Notes: a model not told the origin generated them from the sequence alone. A stretch of DNA of 42,793 nt from a virus (IMGVR_UViG_3300005077_000629:1-42793); one strand, 5' to 3'; counted from the first letter of the stretch, positions 28,601 to 34,562 are shown. Program-made: numbers and translations.

Positions 28601-30073
28601 CGTTTCACGCATAGCACGACCAAGAGCAGGGTTACCAAGAGCATCAGCAAGCGGCCCCCACAATATCTTCCCGCCGTAAGGTTCTATAACATTCAAAGGA
28701 TCAGCCGCAGACCTGGCAAACAATTCAGCCATCTGCCCGGTGAAGCCATACCGGAGGTTTACTTCTTCCTGGATGTCATTAAATGAACGTCCATCTACAA
28801 GGTCACGGCGTGCCTGGACGATTGCTGCAAGACCAAGCTGCTGATCATCAAACACGCTGGAAATATCGACAGGCTCAGGTAATCCTATGTGCCATGCTTC
28901 ACCAGGTCCAGCAAGGTCCTGTCGAATAAGCCGTTCACCAAACGCTTCACGCATACCAAGATCGTATAAGGCGTTCTCAATACCCTGGAATATGTTCGAT
29001 GAAGTCCTTGTGATTGCGCCCTCAGTCGATACAGTTTCGTATGCTGTCTGTCCAGCCTTGTATGCCTGGACAACATTCTTGTTGAATTCCTCAACTGTGC
29101 CGTATGCTTCCGGGTCCATCACTGCACCAAGATACTGAGCAACAGCACCAACACCGCCTTCAAGTATTCCTGCAGGAATGTCCATCACATTGAGAAGTTC
29201 TGCAATCGTTTCACTATGCTGTGCAGCTACGCCAAGAGCAGCACCGCCAGCAAGCGTTCCAAGGCCGCTTACCGGACCACCAGATAGCGTTGCCAGAATA
29301 GCCCACGGCACTGCTGTAAACGCACCGTGTGCCGCCGGAGATTGTAAGATTGGAGCAATGAGCTTCTGCCATGCGGGAAGGTTTTCATACTGGACTTCCT
29401 GGCCACCACCCTGGCGCATTGCTTCCTGGTACAGCGGGTCCTGCTCCATCATGTACTGACCGTACTGTTCCTGGAACGCTTCAAACGGAAACATTATCTC
29501 TGCTGGAGGTGTTCCCACTTGCTGCAACCAACTGCGTGCAGGATCGTCAGGGCTGAGATATTTCCATTCCTGCCATGGTGCGTTATTGTTCGCCTGCTGG
29601 AAATACTTGTAAGCAGCAGACACGCCTTCTGCATCTATCCAGTTAAATATCGGATCGTCAGGTGCAGCAGATTGCAATAGATGATAGTACCTGGCAACCC
29701 GCCGCGGATCCTCCCAGTAGGTTGGCGCATAATCAGGCACGAACCCAGGCGTAAGGTCATACGCACCGTACCGCATGAATGAACGAACGATATCATCACG
29801 CTGCTGGTTCGGCATCTGAGACAGACCTGGCATCCAACGATAAGACTGTACCTGGCCATTTCCCACATTCCTGGCGTTCACAGTGTTCATCGGCTGTGTC
29901 TGGTATCCAGGATAATTCGTTGTGTCCAGTCCTGGCGCAGATATATATGCACCAGCTTCAGGTCTGAACTGGTATTGTGGGTTGCGCTGCTGCATTTCAC
30001 GAACAGCTTGCGGCTGTCTCAGGTATTGATCACGGCGTTTTATCGCTGCCTGAAGTTCTGCGTCTGTCGGCAT
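13673..30073 (-). CDS. Giant (5466 aa) polyvalent virion/ejection protein with ParB-like, adenine methyltransferase and strawberry-notch SF2 helicase domains
   Basis: Single ORF with AAGGAG RBS. HEGRNR (~aa 3052); QQFSTP, EPEAGTA and NPPW (~aa 3210-3312); ADGTGTGKGR (~3664); DEAH (~3777); TGISLH and QRLGRVDRADQ (~4303). Helical N- and C-terminal regions and a hydrophobic Gly/Ala segment near aa 240-290. Confidence 0.85.
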   Translation of the reverse strand: MPTDAELQAAIKRRDQYLRQPQAVREMQQRNPQYQFRPEAGAYISAPGLDTTNYPGYQTQPMNTVNARNVGNGQVQSYRWMPGLSQMPNQQRDDIVRSFMRYGAYDLTPGFVPDYAPTYWEDPRRVARYYHLLQSAAPDDPIFNWIDAEGVSAAYKYFQQANNNAPWQEWKYLSPDDPARSWLQQVGTPPAEIMFPFEAFQEQYGQYMMEQDPLYQEAMRQGGGQEVQYENLPAWQKLIAPILQSPAAHGAFTAVPWAILATLSGGPVSGLGTLAGGAALGVAAQHSETIAELLNVMDIPAGILEGGVGAVAQYLGAVMDPEAYGTVEEFNKNVVQAYKAGQTAYETVSTEGAITRTSSNIFQGIENALYDLGMREAFGERLIRQDLAGPGEAWHIGLPEPVDISSVFDDQQLGLAAIVQARRDLVDGRSFNDIQEEVNLRYGFTGQMAELFARSAADPLNVIEPYGGKILWGPLADALGNPALGRAMRETHGLAQGLELYKVMLRTGQTGLTVADLSHAGAFTRFMAGVTKDGQVRSGGPVLGELGRKFIGTIPFVGDWINLMFEMTPASRLKTILGIVSDNAQVLLYTDRDNPEAMVQRLKTWGNTPLEAAAEYSQASLGSPEGYLASSAIRDFVSRVADEHLDIWHMTETNRRILMTLAEVLGDTPDEILAAISSGIDDTDAIFNRFMDRVQQSGHAHAEDIIAAASRGEFTPQALADMHKVFTETGAPYHPHEFAAQLMASLLDHTAEWGIKEFGIKKEPGIYRLANTIKAAQSLVLLGMNPTYFVNNFINGEVTMALAGTWGMWSPERLQGFWDKFGIQPYRYEAGLGAADIGSDLGTAAEMKIRAAQQEDAGALGEIGRKIRQTNDKVGVFMKFSREVEKWQSRRAFTTSTQRMWRQLWRRGVGFDAMPPHLENTLRNIDPDLPGMVYGIIEGGMNQRDMEARLFGTLSRNVDSFLPEVAQEVGIPADRLGDLLGTAGVMDFLSERWNDDLTPDEKIRVFDELEARVQDHLDELAATEAKARAAEAAQRVASVIPGDTDSPRMGDALDQIVGLFDEVSMRELVWWNDHFIKWAETYEMGDRASSKGARNAIFAARSANANRDAQRLRAYQLATYEGILTGLREGGLEPPASFISNIEKMHREWDTFFKKSDAAKREHFNTEYETHEEGLAAWTSLEATLNDMYRDYSESAFKLQEAVDKAAVSWVKKQGGKAAADNLMMHRENIMQFRRDMRNRMVSFRSSLVGKPGSERRKAWYEFINNEYLPMIAEFEHMNMEAVRQVVPEVRQNIEGKPGGEEPPAEGAAPVPEEPTGPQEGPSDKGASVPIETAEVEVSKSRVQELVDSGMSLKDAQRQATSEARQAGAPEVRKVPPPPELVKLRDTLLKQYGMDKLSGFLGKMGEINKFIEAGEGKPLTVDDFNYPTMDRLNEMRPYLEAYKQSVAEREAYASRVDSDGKKARDAAVHENEVQERIAKELADRTTIAGVPQKLLFDERFAEFWNRAERAEFNHFAHVLNWLQKEFNTKDINNLSAEQIADAVRRLDLRIVDKETSKAAAIEARAAELAAAEQARKAAIDAEKLDIEAYRESRNNPGPEREAIEQAIDKHDNELKESGEYFTGDEWVDTIPGLDREALKQARYKSRQEFDRAARYKAGIDQEPKEFNGKIGMIRQLSVDYSKATPEQIVVLNDVIRQRAQERTDVVASRPENIGEITRLAVEKVLPDNVKVKNVTADYRTFLKEDIVLNYPDGNWEKLSVANAIKEGLISAAEAGQLFNERVESKKPADKKPAADTAAVPTIDDIREAAAKAAMKAAEEEPYVPVENKLASEMPETGVQELVDKLGLRPITDDLFEGDLNSRFAHFKEGLTLNDVSRIISLFYGDKTPPNGLIQNVWDNIQKGNSIRQTQKFATGDTLIDLNFKGTGDIAADVATVYHSYLPYHLDPTVNVVETIRKIIRSNPGGSYDNFYPALPKDVQSAYEALRMSYRKQNARLQMYFDLTKQVMEITMVDGVSLANPYNTVHQVLAATITSPPDSDMARTIHRTHPEMTLGEAQVIAEKIRLIIDIRTRSGQGLGIVQTDRDARITYMADLHKDMVLKTPSDFTVEKADEIFRSLPYYTGEGGHAENAFREFMSRAAQKGISSFTELVADADIKDVFNTMWLITANSPDMKTTTNGKIYEYVYDDAVRNLQQTPTYSIDPAKDAAKQKQKEFYRYIGDLDRRTKLGSSDYFDGTDQNTVLEAMNKLKTYADVAGINPDDKAMYDDVMRFLMHYQDYHKRDLKGLGGVTSALPVIPSTSYPGKDIWGQSFGEVTSGGERLFVTGRMVIGGGVDRTYMIDNLDKKMFKVAALNRLKREVDNSPRVKMSLDAYDSVYHHDLELADTIKISSQDNIAVELSVSGTGRKVLLDRNYYNLVRHLFPEAVPVISTYISSDTKSTRTMLNFYVGTQRVAMIMGRAPEAGVSYDITIPSNILASRISPPTVVSIRKGQYAGTGTAVITEVLPDNKYKAIIKDKNVVLNGSDIGVIENTVSVGEPITTAEFQSWNGWLESWKHEWRGKRVSFRYMGETYVGVIEDTHTGGRMNPSRFYTIALDNGTKMTVLQEVLRPAPVEDSTPQDLMASLREAAGYDAELVNETEATPVESTTVPTRTQEPDTRETWRMTRKEYVDRELLTGRDVRDAETKHYMEVRKAVFADKEVPFEVMMEYPFLTSQWAYRYVHDLVNVDGAKKELYRDLYRLMEEGFDDLGQLGPIKEDDPRVQKVYYLFDAINAVFRDNEGKGWLEPQRYNVQQAMDNNLDLTRKPFYWTSEAESQAQKKGSLSHIPDAELYWLYDGAPRGTDESNRLHAEMLGRIERKIAERKAADDPIAAAADDAANNAKRILKSQIAHLVDQEGVRNIVGIIEAITRWEEYSDAFGGGYNDAQLYDMIGKESVSDLVYDTFQELMRERGYEGELLAVPPIETDTPGGEAIGPEGIFSPDGIGSIPLQIGNAYGMNRKMKPSEYLSYVPEVSHSTSEGIESAMREGKVFANPVLFVAWDGKNKVWNNTQHEGRNRMLAFQNIYGDIPVDVRLVFDNGLRANNVTMEMGSAPIMPDARKEAPVERPPDLGDFPDREAAKIRVLTKRIAAKWEAQESLDRTEFETLATSLGFDMENDTDVSRMYDALEGGVSMAYRKWRENNPSATFEERMAVAQRYEDSLITARRTLQKTSLQQFSTPFPISLASAYAADVRPGDVIMEPEAGTANLVDPLYGTENVVIKVNELDEGRRAVLESMGYQPTKYDVLKAEFNFTEDGKIIPAEATVIVHNPPWGSYKSGKYGDPVNITYRDADGIQKTLKPNDWSQRFYYLTNHRVVDGGRVVSVFPTNLVYTRNRSTGEISPAGSSFRTWLNDNFHVRAIIESPEGAYDARGTTVGSILLVVDKTKAPDDALPAIEAWGDNAPKDWAEYISLVKSLSEDGSHARYSEVKDVRERRNEGVETVEAAALPTGNTEIEREASAVERFVPSTERREPYAVSGTSAAGGSPGDGGSTSRRETIPDSNVVSRKPRRKRTDPPPSDRLVPDAIVVRNNELVRDYWDSQSDAIEDSGSYTFSTYTPRESISRHPRPYVEGKALAGVRVPELTYNVSDIVQAARQRGMISDDQHVGAAYALQANAEGHAFVAADGTGTGKGRMMAYTAWDMIESAGKKRILVLSKNDATVAAQIEYFHVVGGGKYDEAGRTVIDGEFPYRIVMIHDRPLDPLPVFDEPTIYIGSYIDMKKYATQINDLRPDGLLADEAHVCKNLDGSDYGKTWAALHAAMEKDAYQVYYTATPAENINELHYLLGLGLWGPSDKSFQLYTDLITGTITKEEYDGIKAAAKVNKQVSEFREAAISKYADLGGMLDETPITIQRPGTPAYQKQTMNVNVVGDDLGGKYKIVLGEMGKGEFFIGVIKKDELNTNIVGMYPQASVVGYYRGAFFERNRRAMVGLLREIVAENPSISFNALRDQIQTQYDRLGFDEAKSTGAVSQEDIDLAIEQNASGLQKKIKGWKETGVSLSPAMTEQVMRELKANGMFMTRELWRGGTEYRVEQASAVDEFFFNKYDEIAELYHDIETAFYEFAAQSNDPGLSFGVRSMLGFDIRQRTGAERMKDAIRIADQSISEGRRVVLSVEYISAITEEGGNLRAAIDAIPVQERNLDEEGAVIGMGDMMPEALEARALLHERASALEHQVISNIEAVINHYGRENVAIISGLPKELKNIKADMQREIERWQNGEATVAILSKKGDTGISLHDKGNKYGESWPVELIFVDYDWTATTVIQRLGRVDRADQLSSPLVTLLKSSSPIDNKFVATAATRLRDTGATSRGGADTAAGDEWASFDMMSTFHLDVFKETWRTLPNEIKAYYTRWVGSSGDIPAELPSKVNNMRAVLNEVMFMPPHVQVETMKHFDEVMEQMTDSAAYELMQQQYSKVVKGKVLRETSLARDDGKDLNMYEVRDTSGKQYALISGIFLDDLRNIRNMLSENTKDLQSVSFVSFQDQDVGDTISGIQIPSGKISRIAKFFFVDMKANITRDTALAAIHAGDSIPVNGPGNRVYKLRMRNDGKIAIDRALMSDKNSLLGAGAKYIPKGNLWFIPEESLQRFFDSYPLLKSIAATMATGETPTDGIGNTSPGEEDNAEGYSTEMRSPDNYLRIDPGKADTYFTREDGYSREDGIVPMDPFVHGGENGMTVSAAVYKDGILTAYIPAGEKYEWFDTATGPVRVLGLDVHNSRMWVLERGDGTTFTRPVIQGGSEAAEVPPPAASMNDAVPYEYRGQDEEEAWSAHIMPALASLREKMTRTDPPKKFNLGETDPDTTRQLQDYMRRSVYGRMSDNKLAAIRWGQNRRDAALLNYTKRYNIDSLANIIYPYEFFYTRSFLRHLSRIFDKPGYYAFYARLRNMQRNTLYSPGFPTRLRDKVKIPMPFLPDWAGGGLWVDPFRQLFPFEQLATPLETMARENSMVDQRTATILQSWLQEGKYSDAEIRDAINSRSGHVWEQAKTMAEQNVDRETSNPFDFMNLIVSPSLPINILYNVLKGTPNEINNLPPTRAIQAITSLAGWASGNPTAGVNVEAPIRRALGMDEFPRWHQYRIERQLANMAVEGYDTNEVQRAMIEQAGPLYEEAKRRAGLEAATGTATSWAGMTSNMYGEGEEQFRGMQQQLNAAFQWANETGDRSRVNEFFDEHPEYESRLALFDEPEERLRGYMVDLVWDTYNGFDRAQKAQIREGLGDIFQMTFLDKETRSYDAVDIATMAMWVRFMRQAEQVPNVPEAQQAPSEMVQMMTPAAMQGGIDYLDPGIAAGVTDYRDTKDALFPHWYALLDRYYSTEPSQRDAFKNAWPELEAMWAWENDFLRNRPDLIPYVKPEGWEPKDYPVSAEARNYLRYQEFRSYLDAPLAGQLTRYYYADYQLGEGAIKDLRRIYDQMGITDMSFGAFMNTIVSGAMK

Positions 30074-30082
30074 GACTGCTCC

Positions 30083-30778
30083 TTATATAACCCAGGTTGC
30101 AAGAGACTGCGCCCACTGTGGCGTATTGCGCCTGTATGGGTTCTGCAGGTAGTTCGACCTTCCGTATCCACCGCCACCATACCCGCCGTATCCATATCCA
30201 CCATACCCGGAGTAAGACGGATAAGACGGATAACCAGGGTCAATCGGAATGTCCATCCACGGGACAAGGTTCCCCCACATGTTTGCCAAGGCTTCCCACC
30301 TGTCACCTGTAGCCTGTCTGCGCTGTTCAGGTGTTCCAAAGTATGTTTCAGCACCAGACATACCGCTCATTACAGGACGTGCATGCCTGGCGTCATACTG
30401 CTGCTGCTTGAAGTAGTTGTCCTGGTATTGGTAATAACTTGGATCAACTGGTGCCCTTCCATACTGAGCCGGATCGTACATCAGACTTTGATACCCGCCA
30501 ACCATCGGAATGTTACCGATTGGCTGTGTCGGCAGGCTTGCCCTCCGGTAATACCTGGCCTGTGCCTGCAGTCTTTGCGCTTCCACATTCCGCAATTGCT
30601 GCAGTCTCAACTGTGCCAACCGCTGCGCATTTGCAGCAGCAGCAGCAGCAGCACTTGAAGCACCAGGTGCACCGCTAGATGTTCGTGGGACGTTCACCGG
30701 TGCCGGAGTATTCATCGGCTTCGGCTTCCATGTTGGCGTTGTTGTCCCGCCCGTTCCAGCCGTCCATGTAATTGGCAT
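30083..30778 (-). CDS. Low-complexity (G/Y/P/Q/A-rich) probable internal virion protein
   Basis: AAGG RBS, poly-Ala tract and GYGGYGYGGYGGGGYG repeat; sits between the portal and the giant protein. Confidence 0.6.
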   Translation of the reverse strand: MPITWTAGTGGTTTPTWKPKPMNTPAPVNVPRTSSGAPGASSAAAAAAANAQRLAQLRLQQLRNVEAQRLQAQARYYRRASLPTQPIGNIPMVGGYQSLMYDPAQYGRAPVDPSYYQYQDNYFKQQQYDARHARPVMSGMSGAETYFGTPEQRRQATGDRWEALANMWGNLVPWMDIPIDPGYPSYPSYSGYGGYGYGGYGGGGYGRSNYLQNPYRRNTPQWAQSLATWVI

Positions 30779-31031
30779 TTTCTTTGCCTTCCTTTCGCCC
30801 GAGTACCTTCTGCATTACTTCCTTGTACTTTGCCAACAGTCCCGGGTCAATCTGCTGCAGGACTTCAGGCGGCATTGACATCAGTGCTTCATAGTTCATT
30901 GCCATCAATGCCACGCCCATCGGCAACATGAACATAGTAAACCATTCATCGTACCAGTTTTGAAAGTCTACACGCCCGGACAGATAAGCATCTTCAACGT
31001 CAGAGTATGTCAGTCCACCTTGCCCGATCAT
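30675..31031 (-). CDS. Hypothetical protein coupled to the portal gene
   Basis: ATGA overlap with the portal stop and a GGAG RBS; the 3' end overlaps the next gene by about 100 nt. Confidence 0.6.
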   Translation of the reverse strand: MIGQGGLTYSDVEDAYLSGRVDFQNWYDEWFTMFMLPMGVALMAMNYEALMSMPPEVLQQIDPGLLAKYKEVMQKVLGRKEGKENANYMDGWNGRDNNANMEAEADEYSGTGERPTNI

Positions 31032-32857
31032 ATCTGCTGCTCCGGCGGCATTGTTCCAGGCTGCATGCCTGCTTGCACCGGCGGTAATCCGCCCTGCCCA
31101 GGATCAAAGCCTGGTCCTTGTGCTGCACCGCCACCAGGTGCAAAGCCACCGCCACCAGGCATTTGTCCTTCCATGCCAGGCTGCATCATACCAGGCTGCC
31201 CCATTCCTGGCGCACCACCAGGCGGCATCATTCCACCGGGCTGCTGCGGTGGTTGTGCCATCTGTTTCATCTGCTCAACCATCTGCTGCATGAACATTCC
31301 AGCGAATACACCGGAAGCGTTCTCACTCCATATCTTCCGCTGTTCTTCTGCACTCTGTCCGATCTGAAGGACGTTCTCACGTGCCCATTCCTGGCTTGCC
31401 AATGGCTTGTCGCCTGACGTTATCATCTGCGCAATGTTCGCAGCCTGCAGCCTGTCCTGGGGCATATCAATTTCCAGGTGACATTCCAGTTCCAGGTCAT
31501 CAGGTAATTCTGCAAGCGTGATGTTCTCACTCTCTCTCACATACTTGCTTATGTCCTGGTCCCCACTGTCACGCATCATATCGAACCCGATCTGCATTGC
31601 TTCAGCCCATCCCCACCCTGTCGATCGTTGCGTATTCACAAGCGGCAACCTTCCAGACTGTGACATCAGGCTTACGGTGGAGAAGGCCGGATCACCAGAT
31701 AACGGCTGCCCAAGTGCCTGGCGGTAGATTGTCGTGTCATTCCCAAGGCGTTCAGCAAGCGTGTACCCTTCAACCAGGCTGCTATCAATGTACCCGCCTG
31801 TTATGTGCTCCATCTTGTCACCAGGCATCAGCTTGTAAATGCCAAGCATAGTAGAATTGTCCAGCTTGTATGTGTTTCCCTTCTCACCTGGCGTGTATGC
31901 AAAGTGGCCAGAACCGCCAAGCGCAAAGATAAGGGAATACAGCACAGTCAATGAAAGGTTCTGCCGCTTCCACAATTCAGTTTTCATCAAGCTGTACAGG
32001 AATGGCTGCACCTGCTGTTCTTCCTTGTCGAATATATACGTGCCCTCTACCAATTGATCAACCACCGGGATTGCCGGAAGCTCATGCGCTTTGAACACCA
32101 ACGGGTCCTTCCCGCCCTCGATCCAGACACCGTAGTTGTCCAGGTCCCAGGAGTAATACACCGGGACGCTATCTGTTGCCTTCATGTTGTTTGACCCAAG
32201 GGCGTTCTGGACTTCTTCCTCACCGAAATCTGCTGCCAGGTCACGGATTGTTTTCTTTCTCTCAACACCGAAAGCAGATAGTCCATACTGATCATGCTCA
32301 GAATAACTTGTCTTTGGCTGATACACTGTGAAGTGCAGCGGAGATTTACGTTCCAGGCGTTCAAGCCTGGCAACCCGTGCACGTGATGCCTGGGCTTCTT
32401 TTGCTGCACGCACAAGTTCAGACACCAGGCTTACTCCGATGATCACCTTGCTGTACAGCAGGCCAGTGAATACCGTTTCCTGGTGCAAAGGAATTCCCGT
32501 AATACGTGAGTTCCCCTGCATCATCCTTGCAGCCAGGCGTTCAAGCGCATCAGAATAAGCTGCTGCGGTCGGATCGTTCTTGTCCCGCTCTACCTTCCAC
32601 TTAGGATCAGTACCAACAAGCAACCTGATTGCACCCTGGATATCTATCCTTGGTGCTGGACTGATCGTTGTCTTTATCGTGTTGTCACCGCTTGCGTTCC
32701 TTTTCCCTGTTACAGCACCAGGATCGAGCAGATACATTTCCTCGAATTCTGTGTAGTTCTCATTACGCTGCGATGCCCGCCCCTTCATATCCATGAAGTG
32801 CTGCTTGAAGTCTTTGAACTGCTCCGTTGCATCAGGTATCTGGATGTTATCGCTCAT
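31028..32857 (-). CDS. Portal protein
   Basis: Directly after terL with an ATGA overlap (start reassigned to MSDNIQ at 32857). About 609 aa, helical, with a Q/P/G/M low-complexity C-terminal tail. Confidence 0.8.
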   Translation of the reverse strand: MSDNIQIPDATEQFKDFKQHFMDMKGRASQRNENYTEFEEMYLLDPGAVTGKRNASGDNTIKTTISPAPRIDIQGAIRLLVGTDPKWKVERDKNDPTAAAYSDALERLAARMMQGNSRITGIPLHQETVFTGLLYSKVIIGVSLVSELVRAAKEAQASRARVARLERLERKSPLHFTVYQPKTSYSEHDQYGLSAFGVERKKTIRDLAADFGEEEVQNALGSNNMKATDSVPVYYSWDLDNYGVWIEGGKDPLVFKAHELPAIPVVDQLVEGTYIFDKEEQQVQPFLYSLMKTELWKRQNLSLTVLYSLIFALGGSGHFAYTPGEKGNTYKLDNSTMLGIYKLMPGDKMEHITGGYIDSSLVEGYTLAERLGNDTTIYRQALGQPLSGDPAFSTVSLMSQSGRLPLVNTQRSTGWGWAEAMQIGFDMMRDSGDQDISKYVRESENITLAELPDDLELECHLEIDMPQDRLQAANIAQMITSGDKPLASQEWARENVLQIGQSAEEQRKIWSENASGVFAGMFMQQMVEQMKQMAQPPQQPGGMMPPGGAPGMGQPGMMQPGMEGQMPGGGGFAPGGGAAQGPGFDPGQGGLPPVQAGMQPGTMPPEQQI

Positions 32858-34257
32858 AAGCCTTTCACTCCTTGTAGTTGGTTCTCTACCGGCTCTTGTT
32901 CTTCTGGCACATACTCCGACTTCAGGTTTGTGCACCCGTATCGCAGCATGTCATATTCATCATCACCGTCAACCTTCAGCACGTCCTCCGGGTTGTTTTC
33001 GTCCAGGATCAACGTGACCATGCACTCATAGATACCTGCACAGTTAGGAAAGAACTGCAGACCTGGCGAACCATCCGGCTTGATTGCGAGTAGTTGGTGA
33101 AGTTTTACTTTGCCGGATACACGTGCAATGTCCGCTCTGGACAGCATTACCCCGTTGTCGGCATACTCATCTGCCGTTGTAAGCACCTTGTCCGCTATGG
33201 TTTTCTTTCCCCACAGGTCGTGCCCGGCGTATGTATGCGAGATAATCTCTGTATCCGGTGTGCTCTCACGCAGCAGTACCGCCTGCTGCTTATCTGTGAG
33301 GCCACTGTGTCTTAGCATACGATACACGTATACCCTATCGGTGTCAACGTCCCTGGTAAACCATCCTGCAACCCATGGGTGCACACGCCCCCAGTCTATC
33401 GCTCTCCACTTGGGCCAGTGGTCCTGGATCAATACAGGCTTTTCCAGGACATGCTGATCATATCTCAACTCCGGGAACGCCTGGCCTTCGAACGCTTCCC
33501 AGTCACCATCGAGCAGCGCACGGGCAACGACAGGATTACGCTTCCGCAGCTTATCTACATAGAATGGATCACGGTCCAGGCCGATCCTGTTATCTTGAAT
33601 AAATGCTGGCAAGAATACAACTTGCTCATACTGACCGGACGGATTGCGGACCTGCTTCACTACATTCGGATCACCCTTCACGAACATGTCACGATACCAC
33701 ACGTGCCCAACGTCCCCCGGATTGGTAGACATTACTGCGAACGGTCGTGGTATGCCGCAGCCTGTGCCGACCCTGTTCCTGGTCAACAGATAGTCGATGA
33801 TCTTCCAGGTAAATGACGTGCCTTCGTCTACCAGCAGCACCTCGAACTGTGACGACTTGTACCGCAGCCGGTCGGCTTCACGCTGACAATGATAGAACCG
33901 AACCTCCGAACCGTTGAACATATTCCAGGAATGGTTGCCTGCATTGTATGTACCGATGCCGGAATACATTTGTTGACTGCGGTCAATCGCACCGCCACCA
34001 GCTTCAAGCTCAGGGAATGTACGTCTGAAGTACGCAATCCGAATACCAGGCCAGGCCAGTGCAGCCAGGCCAGCAAGCCCAAGCATGCCGTCAGTCTTTC
34101 CACCGAACGCAGCACCACCATACCCGATGATGTCTGCCCATGCAGGCGTAGGCGTGTATCCTGCAAGAACAGGAAGCAATCCGGCCACCAGCAGCATGTC
34201 TGCTTGCCTTGGCTGCGGTATCCATTTGAATTCCAGGTCTGCAGGAACTTTACCCAT
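32854..34257 (-). CDS. terL: Terminase large subunit
   Basis: PQPRQ, Walker A YGGAAFGGKT, Walker B LLVDE, STNPG, nuclease AIDWG and DDEYDMLRY. Start reassigned to MGKVP at 34257. Confidence 0.93.
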   Translation of the reverse strand: MGKVPADLEFKWIPQPRQADMLLVAGLLPVLAGYTPTPAWADIIGYGGAAFGGKTDGMLGLAGLAALAWPGIRIAYFRRTFPELEAGGGAIDRSQQMYSGIGTYNAGNHSWNMFNGSEVRFYHCQREADRLRYKSSQFEVLLVDEGTSFTWKIIDYLLTRNRVGTGCGIPRPFAVMSTNPGDVGHVWYRDMFVKGDPNVVKQVRNPSGQYEQVVFLPAFIQDNRIGLDRDPFYVDKLRKRNPVVARALLDGDWEAFEGQAFPELRYDQHVLEKPVLIQDHWPKWRAIDWGRVHPWVAGWFTRDVDTDRVYVYRMLRHSGLTDKQQAVLLRESTPDTEIISHTYAGHDLWGKKTIADKVLTTADEYADNGVMLSRADIARVSGKVKLHQLLAIKPDGSPGLQFFPNCAGIYECMVTLILDENNPEDVLKVDGDDEYDMLRYGCTNLKSEYVPEEQEPVENQLQGVKGL

Positions 34258-34263
34258 GCCTGG

Positions 34264-34280
34264 ATAATAGCATATATTAT
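34264..34280. promoter_or_regulatory. Symmetric divergent -10 elements between terL and the HTH gene
   Basis: ATAATA-GCATA-TATTAT inverted repeat gives TATTAT on both strands. The minus copy is TGcTATTAT, 6 nt before the terL ATG. Confidence 0.5.
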
Positions 34281-34324
34281 GAGCAGTGTTTGTTTTCCCC
34301 CCACGGGAATGAATAGGAGATAGC

Positions 34325-34546
34325 ATGAGCAAGGAAGATGAAGCCTGGACTGAACGCTGCTGGAGGACCTCTGTCGTAGCCAGCTGGGTGCGTGTTACAC
34401 CACGAACAATTCGCAACTGGTTGTACTCCGGGCGGCTGCGATACTACCGGATCGGCAGTGAATACATGGTCAACCTGGACGATGCAATAGCCGTGGCCAG
34501 AATGAAAAGAGGACTGCCGTTTGAGCAGCCCTCTCTTTCCAGGTGA
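34325..34546 (+). CDS. Excisionase/MerR-like HTH DNA-binding protein (HTH_17-like)
   Basis: VASWVRVTPRTIRNWLYSGRLRYYRIGSEYMV pattern; AGGAGA RBS. Confidence 0.8.
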   Translation: MSKEDEAWTERCWRTSVVASWVRVTPRTIRNWLYSGRLRYYRIGSEYMVNLDDAIAVARMKRGLPFEQPSLSR

Positions 34547-34562
34547 ACCAGGGACAACAACC

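Noticed and set aside
13673-30073. Tape measure, virion RNA polymerase or intein in the giant ORF
   Set aside because: No tail tube genes, and no RNA polymerase catalytic motif or intein splice/LAGLIDADG motifs were recognised by eye.
700-34257. Numerous plus-strand ORFs of 60-230 aa antisense to the late genes
   Set aside because: They lack RBSs or motifs and are shadows of a densely packed, coupled minus-strand operon.
34258-34416. ORF-track extension of terL (similarly portal to 32935 and endolysin to 2514)
   Set aside because: The extensions overlap neighbouring genes or promoters; better-supported downstream starts exist.
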